A stretch of 64,000 bases of DNA, from NCBI GenBank assembly GCA_011109175.1, contig RDEW01000016.1, forward strand, positions 1,113,653-1,177,652, given 5' to 3'. The notes under the pieces were generated by a model that saw only the letters and a program-made list of their open reading frames with translations, made no database searches and was not told where the DNA came from. A program made the translations under genes and the position numbers. Source of the DNA: Dicyema japonicum. Its lineage: Eukaryota > Animalia > Dicyemida. Shown piece after piece: positions 1 to 12,245 of this stretch (position 1 is its first letter; every line of letters starts with the position of its first letter).

Positions 1-875
1 ACGTTTCCAATGGGTAGGGCATTGATCCAAGCCCCGCTCCACTCGCATCTTGCAGTTAAAAGACAGGCTCGTCGGTGTTGGTTAGATATTTTCAAAAGCC
101 TCTCGTATTTATCCTCGCAAACAGACTCATAAAGGTCTCTCTGCCCGAGTTGTTTGACTTTAGGGTGTACCAAATCTTCGATCTTTGACGACTCTGATGG
201 GAGCTGGAGAATCATCATGATCAAATTCTGATTGGAGTCCAATGAGGATTGATATGCCGGGTGTGCTAAATCAGATGGTGAGAGAATTCCGAGTCCACCA
301 AAGCGAACGGGCAAGGTTGCTTGTTCCCATCCTTGTTCGTCGAATTCGACATTAGTAATACGTTCGGTCGTAGACCGGAATAGGGAGTCAATCGCCCCGA
401 GTTGTTGCATTTTCAGGTAACATGGAGCTCCTCGAAGGACGTAATTTAATTTCTGCGTGGATAAAGCGTTTTTCATGAGAAAAAGAGAGGTATGTGCATC
501 CAGCATCCCAAGGCGTAAAAAAGTTTTTCTTAGTTGCTGTTCTTTAGCCAACAGAGTGTCGTTAATTCCAGTTTCAGCCAGAGGGCATCCAAGTATTTCC
601 AAATGATCCGGCTCGATTTCCGATATTTTAGGAATAATCCCCCGAAACATTAATAGGATCCGATTCCATTCATATTGGGAGAATCCATAATTAACAATTT
701 CGCATTTGGATGCGTTTAGCTTTAAACCAAGCGTATCCAATTGGGTTAGTAATCTCTGTAGACAGTCATATACATTGTTAGGATGACCTCCCAGGGTGCA
801 ATCATCCAAATACCACACGTTCAGCGGAGTAGTAAGAATATGTTAGGAAATACAGTCATCGAGGCGTTTGTTTTT
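1..875 (-). mobile_element. CRE-clade non-LTR retrotransposon RT fragment (decayed, runs off window start)
   Basis: Minus-strand translation gives VWYLDDCTLGG, LGLKLNASKCE and RACLLTARCEWSGAWINALP, typical CRE-like RT and downstream motifs; contains frameshifts/stops. Confidence 0.8.
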
Positions 876-879
876 TCCT

Positions 880-1313
880 CTTGGAGACGCGCAACTGATA
901 TATCATATGTTTAGGTCATTAAAGAGTTGAAATGTCTTGGCAGTTGTACTTATACCTCTGACATTGAATGTCAAGCTATTCTAACTTTGAGAGGTTAATT
1001 AAATTACTCAATATTGAATATCAATTTTGATATTTGACGTTGTCACATGTTTTAGAATTCGATTTTTCACGAATATTCAAGACAGTAATTAATGATCCTT
1101 TTGTTCTACTCAAGGCAGATCTCCTCTGTTCTAATCCTTCTAGGTTTGGGTCGAACGTGACTTGAATTCGGAACATTCAATACCCAAACATTTTTTTGGT
1201 TTAGCAAACTTGTACATCGATATCTTTGAGTTTATCAATCAGTCACAATAATGGGGACCAAAGGCTACGCCCATCACAGAGTAATACAAACACTGCGTCA
1301 AGTCACCACCTCA
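880..1313 (-). mobile_element. RTE-like LINE 5' fragment (start of APE domain)
   Basis: SLTFNVRGIST and DISVARLQEEK on minus strand; carries TGAGGTGGTGAC terminal motif at 1302-1313. Confidence 0.6.
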
Positions 1314-1405
1314 ACTTTTCGCCCTGTTAAAAACCTAATTTTAGTCAATACCCACGAGTAAATAAAAATTTGACATAAATTTATTTTAGTTAATGATAAT
1401 TTATG

Positions 1406-2886
1406 TTAATCTTGAATTGTATCCCCGATTATCGTTTTCCAATAAAGTTTTTTCCCGTAACAACAGAAAGTCAAATTTATTCTACAATAAAACAGCCGTT
1501 AACCTTATTGCTGGCCACGAAGATTTCAAATGAAGGAAAAACTGAACAGAAACTACTAAAATGAGCATTAAAAGTATTCCCCCAGGGATTGATAGCATCA
1601 AGTATAATTTGAACTGCGAGCTAATTCTAATAATCTCCTTCTTGTCGGAAACGTAAAGACAAAATTCTTTTGAGATTGATTCCATCTTCAATTCACATTC
1701 CAGCACAAAGCAGTTAGTTTGGTTGAAATTATGGTTTTTAGTGATAATGTACGTTCGGTTATTCAGTGGAGTCAAATGCAGGAACCCCTCTGGGCTGACG
1801 TTACACACAAAAAGTTGAAATGATTCAATGGTCGCATATCCAACAAATTTGCCTCTGTTTGTATTTTCAGAAATATTCAAAATAATGTTTTGATGACTTT
1901 GGGGGTTCTCAAACTCAACAAAAATCGTGCAGTAATCGCAGAAAATATCGCAGCACACACTTGCATTTAGTCTGACTGACTTTGTTGATACCTGCTTAAT
2001 ATTTCTAATAAACGGATAAATTGTTCCACTATTCTGATTTATGCCGAATAATCTATTCTCATTTAGTCCGTACATATAAATCTGCCAATTGGCTCACCTC
2101 TCGTATTTATTATGGGTGAAAGTTTCGCTAAAAATATTTCGTTTGAAATCGTTTGATTGGATTTCGCAATCCTAAGAGTTTTATATTTAAACCTCGGGGA
2201 TAGCAGGACTTATGGAAGGATATGTTTACCAAAAGTTCTCCAATAAGTGGTGGACGTCCTCGATCAGCACATAATATTTTTAAAAGATCACTTGTACGTT
2301 GAAACACACTTTCCGTAACATTAAACTTGAGAATGTATTTATCGGAATTTGTCTTTTCGATCTCGGCACTTCCCCAAATTGGCTGTTTTTCCACATAACA
2401 TTTATCGACTCCATTTTGAGGACTGTCGTAGTCATACGGAGTTGGAAGTTGAACCAAATTTTCACCATTTTTTATAAATTTGAATGAAATATAGTTCGGA
2501 TAAAACGTCGGTGGGTTGTTATTCACGTCGAGGATGTTTATTTTGACATTGTGAACTCTGAATTGGGTCTTGGAAGTCGAGCCAACGACGAATTGGATAG
2601 TACAGTTTTGTTTACTTCGACAACGTGACAAGCTTTCTCGGTAAATAGCACGAACTGTGTGAATGATCCCTGTTTTTGGATGAACTGCAAAGTAATCGTT
2701 CTCAATGCTGTCCTCAAGTTTAAAAAACATTTCAATATGGTCGTCTGAGTTGTTAAGACTTCCAACAATCGTCCCCTTTGACTCTTCAAAAATTTCAAAA
2801 CTGTGGTGACTCACCGAATGGACAATAATCAGTAATATAAACATCCTTGTGACTATAAAATTGAATAAATTAGCAATTGAATTCAT
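1406..2886 (-). CDS. Protocadherin-like cadherin-repeat transmembrane protein
   Basis: Signal peptide, EC1 with RESLSRC..C and INILDVNNNPPTF, EC2 with PYDYD and ADRGRPPL, further cadherin-like segment (LFGINQNSGTIY), TM helix, 22-nt intron then short tail CCYGKK..QD*. The frame junction at ~2075-2200 could not be resolved. Confidence 0.75.
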
Positions 2887-3529
2887 TTAAAGCCCACTTG
2901 AGGTAATCTCCTGACAACACAAATATTGACATTCGTTGTTTTAATTAAAAACTCAATTAAAACACCGTTTTTGTATGATTAATGCTCACATATGTTACAT
3001 CCTCTTTATATGTCTCTTCATTTCGATTACTTAAGTTTTCTACTTAAAGTTATCTAGAGAATTAAAATCGATGGTTTTCCGACGGAGCGGTGACTAAATT
3101 TTTCCTACTTTTGTATTAAAGACAAATCAAGCAAATTTCTCAGCATCTCTAACTTGGAAAAACTGGTAAATGGAAAACAAAAGTAGCCATACACCTCTAG
3201 TCAAACTTAGTGTCGAACAGACTCTACGTTTTTAGTTGTACACTAAAGCAGATCGAGTAGTATAGAGGCTAATATTTATCGGAGATTATGAACATTCGCA
3301 TTTTACGAATTGACCGGAAGGTTAAAGTCATCACGTACTTCTAATGCATAAAATGTCAATCTCCACATTATGTGACTTTTTGATCCTTTTTTTGCAAATG
3401 GACGAAATAATGGACTAAAGATGCCGAATGTGCAGTTTCGGAAGCGTCAGATACACTATGCTCTGGGTTAGAATCTCGTCTTGCATAAGATTAGAGGAAC
3501 TTGTCTGTATTAAGAAGGAAAAAAAATTA

Positions 3530-3890
3530 AATAACTACATAGCCGTCGGGTGATTCCGGCCGCCTCGAGTAGCCATCTCATTCTTGCCCGGTGTTTTTCC
3601 CGGGTTCCAACGCATTTCCAGATTGAGCGGGGGTTTCTAACTTTATTTGAGGGTAGTAAGGCTTTCCTCACTAATTCCGGTTTTCCTCACTAATTCCTCA
3701 AAAGGTGTAGGGTTTAGAAGTGTCCAAGAAAACCTTTGCAAAGCCTTACTGGCCATTTTTTGGAAGGTATTGATTTTTTCTATATTCCTGTTTGATAGGT
3801 TGGTTCCCCATGCAACACACCCGTAAGTTAGAGACGGTTAGATATACTGCACGTAGAGAGAGTCCAAATTTGAGTTGAAACACCCATTAT
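3530..3890 (-). mobile_element. Ingi/Vingi-like LINE C-terminal fragment
   Basis: Degenerate post-RT region (KLETPAQSGNALEP), GC-richer than flanks. Confidence 0.45.
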
Positions 3891-4039
3891 ATTGTCCAAG
3901 GAGTGTTTTAACAAAATTTAGCTTTTGTTGTGCCAAAAAAATGACGTTGTCATTGTATATATTAAAACATAATATAATTTTGTTTTAATTTAAATTAAGA
4001 AATTAAAAATAAATATGCGTTTGGTTGTGTTGTGCTTAT

Positions 4040-5100
4040 TTTCTAGTTTGGACGTGGAAACGTTTTTTCTGCAAGCAGATTTCGTGGTAAATCAAGACTT
4101 CTTTGGCCAATTTATCTGTTCTCGGCTATTCCTGCTACACTGATTATTTACAATGGATCACTTCCCTTGCTTCATCAAATTTTGATTCCCGATAAGTTCA
4201 CATTGTATGATGATCTCTAATTCAATTAATAAGTTATATTTTCTTTATTTTTCTAATGATAACAGTCTGTGTAAAAACTGTTGGGTCACTAAAATTTGTC
4301 CACGTGTTTTTTTCTAAATAGCGTTATTTCTATGATGTTGTTAGCTTCATGCTTCAAAGCTTCAACTAGATGGAATGGCTAAAAAATATACAGACTTATT
4401 GTGGTGTCAGCAATCGTCTGCCTATATAGGAGTATCACTATTTCCAATATTTCCTTATAAACAACCTTAATGTACACGTGTTGTCGGTCTTTGGAGATTA
4501 ATTGTTTCACGGTGGGGTGAATATACATAATTGTTTGTACATCTTTGTGCGATGGCTAACTAGATTTTCACACTCGATAGTCATGTTTTCGATGTGCTGA
4601 CAATAGTGCATGTTGACGGTGATTCCGGGAAATTTTTTTGTCTTATAAATGGGATTTCGGTCTGGAATAGGTTGAACAATAAAGGGAATATGGGTAATCA
4701 CTGAAGACGCCATTTTAATAGCCAATCTGAAATCTCCAAAACAAACTGACCGGTAGAAAGTTTAAGGTTTCTAGGGATTTCCGATTGTAATATTTTGCAA
4801 CTTAGATTTCTCTTAGGAACAGAGTACAGTCCGATCTCACTTTTGAACACCAAGCGTTCCAAAAACCGAAATTTTGACTTAAAAATTATAAATAATTTTA
4901 TAAAATAATAATCTATATGAAAACTTAACAAATTTTATTGTGGCGTGAATTAAAAATTGTCATCCAAACATTCTTGGATTTTGAGTACACAATGTTGTGA
5001 TATTCTGGACTAAAGATTTTAAAACATCTGGGATTTCTAAATTTCCAATTAATAGTGGAGCCAATGTTCTCCAACATAATTAAGCAAAAGAGAACATAAA
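4040..5100 (-). CDS. Possible micro-intron-containing gene of unknown function
   Basis: Several 30-70 aa open stretches separated by intron-like GT..AG segments (e.g. gtcagtttgttttggagatttcag, 24 nt); no consistent spliced model or recognisable domain obtained. Confidence 0.25.
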
Positions 5101-5679
5101 TTTGTTCTTTGTTATGCCTATAGGTGAATTATCGCTTCCTTGGAGAAATGATTTTTCTGAGTTTTCTTTAAAAAAAGGCAAGTTTAATCGAAGTTAAAAA
5201 TATTTTCCTTTTCATATTGGATGATTTTTTCATTAAAGGGTGACACAAAGCAGTCAATTCCATCCCTTAAACATGGATCTTTGTAAGCCATTTGAACTTA
5301 AACTCGTCTCTTTTTTTAAAGTTTACTAACCACCATTTGATGCTTTAAAAGTATTAAAACGTAATCTACGTGGGTCAATAAGAAGATTACCATTTTTTAA
5401 TGAGTGGGCCACTAACTGGAATATTTTGCTGTCTCAAATGCTGAAATACATCGAGAACCTTTAATCCAACAATTTAAAAGTATTTTCATTCTCCTCACGA
5501 GCTTAGTCTTTAACAGGCCACAAGAGGGGTTATATCTTTTTTATTTGAGCTATAGCTCCAATTCTCATTCCGAAGTTTTGTCCTACAAATCTGTGAGAAT
5601 AGATTTTTTGATAAAAGCGCTATTATTATTTTCATTTATCGCTATGTCATAGGACTTGACAAAGCATGTGCAACACAAG

Positions 5680-5900
5680 TTATCAAATCACTAGTTAATT
5701 TCATACACTTTCTCCTATTCGAACCTGCAGTGCGTAACCAGTCAAGATCCTCTCCAGTTCCAAGATGCCGTCCCATTTCTTTGAGGTCTTCGTCAAGAAC
5801 GACTGGCAGTGTCGTCTTTGGGCGACCACGGAAACAGAGACTTCCAACATGAAGTAATCCTCCATGGCTACGTTCGCGGGGGCATATAGGTCCAGTCGCA
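5680..5900 (-). mobile_element. RTE 3' end fragment
   Basis: RGRPKTTLPVVLDEDLKEM..EDLDWLR..NRRK is the typical RTE C-terminus. Confidence 0.8.
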
Positions 5901-6249
5901 GAATATGGCCGAAAGGCCTCCATCGTGTATCCAGAATTTAATTTGAAATTTCAAAGGTCCTGGTTTTTATAGAGAAGATTAGATGACATCTCGTATCATT
6001 TCTTTCAAACATCATGTGTCGTAGTTGGTCTCTATGAAACGCATTAAGCTTCTTCAGTTCATTTCTTTAGCAGGCCCAGGTACCAGCGTTACACATTAAT
6101 ATGGGTTTCACTAGCGAGTTGTATAATCGAGTTTTTGTTATAATGTCAAGGCCCTTTTTGTGGAGTCAGGTGTTCTTCAGTCTGGAGAGGGCAGTTTGTG
6201 CTAAGGTTTTCCTTCAAATTTTTCTTGATATTTTAGGCTCAATTTAATT

Positions 6250-6335
6250 TATTTATTAACCCCGAGATCACCGAGAAAGAAAGACAAAAATAATGTCAAC
6301 TAGCTAGGTGATCGAAGTTCCCGCAACCAAGGCTC
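6250..6335 (-). repeat. Short LINE 3' end remnant (homologous to 50487-50556)
   Basis: Shared aacccc(a/t)gatcaccgagaaag..gttcccgcaa with the 50.5 kb copy; AAT-type tail. Confidence 0.65.
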
Positions 6336-6610
6336 ATTTCAATAACATCACAAGGATATTAAGTCTGAGAAATTTTCTTTAAAATAAAAAATAAAGTAAA
6401 CCATAAATAAGTTATAATTAATTAATTTTGTTCCACATCGAGGTTTTATTTTGGTGAGGTGGTGACGTGCCTCGTTTCTTTTCTGTACAACGGATAAGAA
6501 AAATGTCTAGAAGGCAGAAGATACAAAAGAATATGCTTGCCCTAAAGTTTCTTACATTCAATGCTAGAGGAATATCTAAGCCTCAGTCAAGAAATACTCT
6601 CTGTGATGAC

Positions 6611-8305
6611 TAGGGCAATTTAAGTGCTAAAATGCTATTTTTATTTTTTATACTTTTTTAAATATACAATTGAATTTGGAATAATTATTTTTTAATTTTG
6701 TTAAAAAAACATACATTATAAATGCTATAAGTGCTATTTTTAATTTTAAATGCTAAATTTTGTTTAAATGCTAATTTAAATTGCAGTTAATAATGTGTTT
6801 ACGGATTCCGAAACCTGCAAGTCCAATCGAAAATTTCAAACCGATCGTGTTTTTTACCACTTTGCGAAAAACATTGTCGATTACAACATTAAATTGAATA
6901 TCAAATTCAGTTGACCAATAATTGGCACCAAGTCAAAGCGGATTCAGACCAGGAAAATCAACTGCTGATATAGTATGGAGTCATCGGTAGCTTACGTCAA
7001 TATGTAAGAAGTACAGAAAAACAATGTATACTCTGGGAGTCGGCTAATCAAAAGCATTCGACTGTGTCTGCCGAGATAAACTATTGCAAGTTCTCAAGGA
7101 CATAATTGATGAGGACTGTTTGATGATTGTGCGTTTTTTGCTGGCTGACACGAGCCTCATAGTGAAAGTGGGGAAGGGCTATTCGGAAAAAATCACGACC
7201 GGCATTGGTATTCTGCAAGGGGACTCGCTTTCGCCAGTTCTCCTTGCAATCTATTTGGAAGCTGCGTTGAGGGACGTTAGGAAAGAATTAGGTCACTTAA
7301 ATAATCATTTTGTTGAATTAATGTATGCTGATGACATCAATTTTGTGTCTGAGGATGTGGTGGTACTAAGAACTGTAATAGATAAAGCCACAACAGTTCT
7401 GGAGAGGTGGTCTTTGAAGATCAATTCAGAAAAACGGAGTTAACTTCGATTCAGCGGTTCGATGAGAAATGAAAGTTTACTAAAAGGCTCGGCTCGTTTT
7501 TGGGTGATGCTGAGGTCATTGCTCGCAGAAAGATGTTGGTATCGTGTGCACTGAAAAGATGTGGAGTATTTGGACTCGCAGAAAACTTATCTCCTTAAAT
7601 CTTCGGATGCGCTTATATAGCGCGTTCATACAACCAGTACCTATTATACAACTCGGGAAATGGAGAACATCAAAAACGGACCGTGACACATTTCATAGAA
7701 ATCAATTGAGAAAAATTGCGGGAATTAAATGGCCACAGATTATCAAAAAGACACTCTCTACAAATTATGTAAATGCAAACCGATAAGCAGAGAAGTAATT
7801 ACCTCACGCTGGCGACTTATCGGACATGTTCTGAGAATGGACGAAGTGATTCCTTGCAATCAAATCATGGAAGATTACTATTATACAAAGACTACATTTT
7901 GATAATGACAAGGCAAATATCAAAAATTATATAAATAAAAGAATGGAGGAAAATGGATTTAAACTTATTATTGAAATGACTGAACCAAAAATTAGCCAAC
8001 AAGATTATTTTTCTCTTTCACGCTGTCAGGCATCCTATGCATCTGTTGAAAGAGCTATTAAAATGCTAAAAAATTTTTAAAAAAGGATAGGAACTTCCAT
8101 CCAGACAATATCAAGCATTAACTTTTATTATATTACAATAAATAAAATTTAAATGTTTTATTTTATTATTTTAAGTTATAGATTTTACAATTTTAAATGC
8201 TAGATTTTATCATTTTAAGTGCTAACTTTTTTAATTATAATTGCTAGATTTATGATTTTTTAGCGCTAAAAAAATTTTTTTAAGTGCTAGAAACAACTTG
8301 CCCTA
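6611..8305 (+). mobile_element. hAT transposon deletion derivative
   Basis: TIRs TAGGGCAA/TTGCCCTA, perfect 8-bp TSD GTGATGAC (6603-6610 and 8306-8313), subterminal TGCTA repeats, remnant dimerisation motif ASVERAIKMLKN..KDRNFHPDNI. Confidence 0.92.
6930..7890 (+). mobile_element. RTE RT fragment nested inside the hAT element
   Basis: QSGFRPGKSTAD, GILQGDSLSP, MYADD, RWRLIGHVLRM. Confidence 0.85.
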
Positions 8306-11300
8306 GTGATGACCTAGAAAAATATAACGTTTCTATTGGCTGTATACAAGAGACGAAAATTACGTACTATCTCGATGAAAACCACGGAAGATATCGTCTA
8401 ATATGTCTACCCAGTGACTCGAAACACTATGGTCTTGGATTCGCCATTCACAGAAAACTATCATCTGACATCAGTCGCATTTGGCGGGTGAATGACAGGA
8501 TCTGCGTAATACAGATCCACCTGAACAATCAATGTTACCCTAGAAATACACTAACGATTATAAATGTATATGCACCACACTATATAAGAGTGGCAAAAAA
8601 CCCGACCGAACTGGATAAATTCTACTCAGCATTATCAAAGACGTATAATGGATATGAGTCGTCCTCACTTATATTCATTGCTGGCGATCTGAATTCTAAA
8701 ATTGGAACAAAAAAGAATTCAGAAGATACCTTCATGGAAGACACGGACGTGGGGAAAGAAACTTGCCTGGACCATACTTGGCCATTTCTGCACGGCAAAC
8801 AAACTGTTCTTGTGCAACACCGCATTCTCTCATCGTGCATGCCACATAACCACTTGGATGGGCGAACGAAGAAACCCAGAAGGAAAATTAGTCCCTATAT
8901 ACAACCAAATTGATTATATTATATGCCGGATCAATGACAAACGCTCTCTTATAAACGCACGCTCATACGAAGGTTCAACAACTGTCAGCGATCACAGAAT
9001 GGTTATTAAATTAAATTAAATTATTAACCCCGGCTTCGCCAGCAAGTGGGAAGCCGGCGACCATCAAAGAGCGTGCAGTCCGGACAGGCCGCTCCCAGAG
9101 ATCCTCGACTTTTGCATCCGGTGGTCCAAGGCAGGGAAAAAGGTCTCGAACTACTCTGCCAGCCAGAAAAGGGTGGTGTCCACACCGTAGGCGAGCCAGT
9201 CCGATTCTGATCTTCCTCGGGAGCGATTGTTCCGTTGGACTGATATCCGGGGGGAAGCGCTCCAAGACTTTGTTATATTGAAGTGTCCTAATGGCCCGTG
9301 TTGAGATAAAATCATGGATTCGGCGGGTCCAAGTTGAGTCTTCTTGAGGGGGGGTGATCTTCGACAAGGCTCTTTGTAGGTCAAAGAGGGTCCTGCGTAT
9401 GTATCTGCGGTTATTGTTACTTAGCAAAGCGTGAACTGGGTGATTCGGGTCGAACGACTGCCGTAGGAATTGTAAATTACGCATTTCCAGGTGGTCATAG
9501 AGCGGGAGGATTTTCGACTCCCAATGTAAATGGTCGGTGGGGGTTGACTTTAAACAGCCAGTTATTATTCTGAGCGCCGAGTTTTGCACTTTCTGCAGTT
9601 CTTGAGAAAGGGACAAGGAGATTGAGGGGGCCCAACTTGGTGAGGCGTAGTTGAGTGTAGTCCTGATGAACTGTTTGTAGAGAAGAGTTAAGTTTTCTTT
9701 TTGCTGACCGTTTGAGTGGCCAGCTACTGCCCGTAATATGTTAAGTTTCCGCTTGGCTTTTGTCATTACTTCCTCCACTTGTCTGTTGAAACAGAGTGAA
9801 GGATCGAAGACAACTCCAAGGATCTTCGGGTATTTATTTAAGGGGAGTGGTTCGTCACCCAACGAGAGTGTGGGGTTTAGGTTGAATTGTCTTCGATCGG
9901 TTGTGAACAGGGTAGCTGATGACTTCGAGGTGGAAACACTCATCCAGTTTAAGTTCATCCAGTCGGATAGCAAGTTCAGGTGGTACTGCACTTTTTCGGT
10001 GGCCAGTCGAACATCGCCACTCCTGGATGCGATTACTAGATCATCGGCATATGTCAATAGTAACGTATTTTGGGTTGTTGGGATGTCTTTGACGTAAAGG
10101 TTGAAAAGTGAGGGTGAAAGGACTGATCCCTGGGGAACACCGTTTGGTAGGAGTCGATATCTTGATAGATTTGAATATAGACACGTATGACCCAGTCTTC
10201 CCGAGAGGAAATTTGTGAGCCATGACTTCCATACAGAGGGAATATTTGAAGAATAGATCTTGTTGCAGAGGACCACACGGGAGATTCTGTCGAAAGCTTT
10301 AGTTAGGTCAATAGAGGCCAAGACAGTTCGTTCCGGGGGTTTGCAGTTGTTGAAACCGTTGGAGATGTATTGGGTTAGTGTCAGTAAGTGCGTGGTGGTC
10401 GAGTGTAAAGGACGGAAACCATGTTGTGAGTCGGAGAGGTCGAGGTAGGGGGTGATTTCGTTAAGAATGATCCTTTCGAGGATTTTTGAGACAACAGATG
10501 TTAAGGAAATTGGCCTGAACGAAGAGGGCAAGGAGGAGGCTTTGTTGTTCTTGAGTATTGGGATAATGTTCGACTTCTTCCATAACATCGGGATGAAACA
10601 CCTGTTGATGGAGAATTCGTAGATATCTTTAAGTGCCAAGAGCCCGTTTGGACCGAGGTGCTTTAGGTGGAATATGCTGATCCGATCGGGTCCCGTGGCT
10701 GGTGAGTTTCTTGAGTTTGTAATGAGGTTTTGAACATGACTTATGATACTTCGAATCGTGCCTTTGTTACCCTTGGGGGTTTAGTAATATGAGGTCGATT
10801 TTCTTTATTCATTGGAATATGACTCATTTTGCAATAGTGAGTCATCAAGTCATTTGCCTGGCAGTGGAAATCTTTCGTTTGGTTGTCCTTTCCAAGTCTA
10901 CCTCCATGGGTTGTGCTCGATTCGGTTTGATTTGATTGTATTTCTCTGATAAATCTCCAGAAACTTTGGGGTTTTGATTTTGGATTCAATCGAGAGACGA
11001 AAGTGGACCACTTCTCCTTTTTGAGCTCCGTAATGAGGTGGGTTATCTTCTTGTTTAGGGAAGAAATTTCATCTTGGAGTTGCTGGTTGGTTGTTCGGGA
11101 ACGTTTTAGGCGTCTTCTCTCACAGATGAGATCCAATATTTCTTTGTTGAAAAATAGTTTGTAATCATGGATGAATCCTTTAGGGACGTGCTTTCTATCC
11201 GCCGAAAGGATGGCTGAGTTGAAATGTGCAATGGCTTTGTCTGGAGAGGTAAAATTATTCACAGAGAAGTTTTCCAGCGACGTTTCGACGTCAACCGTGA

Positions 11301-12050
11301 AGTCGATCCATCTCGCCCTTTTGTAGTTCACATAGGTTCGCCTCGACATAGTTCGTCCGAAATGCAAGAAGATGTCGATCAGAATAGGGTTATGATCTGA
11401 GGGTAAGTCATATCTGACATCCCAGTAGATCGATTTTGCAAGGGGAGCTGAGCATATGGAGAGGTCGGAGACGTGTTAGGATCCCCAGGGCGTGTTCCAC
11501 ATCTCGTGTGTTGGCGGGGGTTATTCAATATCACTAGGTGTTCCAGTTCAGAGATCACTTGTTTCCCTCTGTGGTCCGAATTCTGGTTTCGGAACCATAG
11601 TGGATCTTTAGCGTTTAGATCGCCGCAAATAACTATGTTTTCGTATAGTTGAAGGAATTCTAGGTTTGGTCGGTAACTCTTCTGGCAGCAAGACGAAGGG
11701 GGAATGTAGATATTCAGAATTGTGTAAGGAGTTGACATAATATTGATGGTGATGGATAGCAATTCCATATGTTTATCAGAAGCCGCTGTCAATGTGTGGT
11801 CAGTGGTATCCGTGAATGGGATGGAGTTGTGAATGAGGGTGACCAGGCCACCACCGTGAGATCCATTTGATCGCTCAGAACGGAGCAAAGAGTAGTTTTT
11901 GAATTTTGGTGTTTGGGAGAAGGCAGACAAACGTGACTCCTGTAGAAGGGCAATGTCAATACGGTGTTTAACCAAGTACTCAGCCAATTCGGTATGTTTC
12001 GAGGTGATTCCATTGATGTTAAGTTGTAAGATTCTGATGGGTCTATTCTG

Positions 12051-12077
12051 CGGCCCTGGGTTTAGTTCAATGTCACC
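12051..12077 (-). other. 2A-like ribosomal skipping motif GDIELNPG|P
   Basis: Matches D-V/I-E-x-N-P-G-P consensus, in frame immediately upstream of APE. Confidence 0.85.
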
Positions 12078-12156
12078 GGATGTCAGGAGGGATTCTTGGG
12101 AGCGAAAGCTTCGTGCCCGCTCAATGGTCGCCATCGAGATCTCCTTGAAGAGAGAC

Positions 12157-12245
12157 GATAGGGAAAAGATGTGGTTCTTTTTCATGTGTGCTGTGTAGGG
12201 CACAGGCACAACCAAATGACACCTCTTGGTGAACCACAACGTCAT
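12157..12245 (-). ncRNA. Candidate structured RNA (pseudoknot) at LINE 5' end, copy B
   Basis: P1 ATGAC/GTCAT, P2 TGTGGTTC/GAACCACA, P3 ACC/GGT, P4 hairpin, CATGAAAAA junction, TTTCCCTATC box. Confidence 0.75.

Noticed and set aside
6432-6474. Possible pseudoknot (CCACATC/GAGGTGG, CGAGG/CCTCG) at the RTE 5' end
   Set aside because: Pairings overlap and are not reproduced in the other RTE 5' ends; only the linear motif is shared
9020-9035. GGGTTA at several LINE 3' ends as a telomeric repeat
   Set aside because: Single unit only, forming the base of the terminal hairpin and the start of the AAT tail; no tandem TTAGGG array
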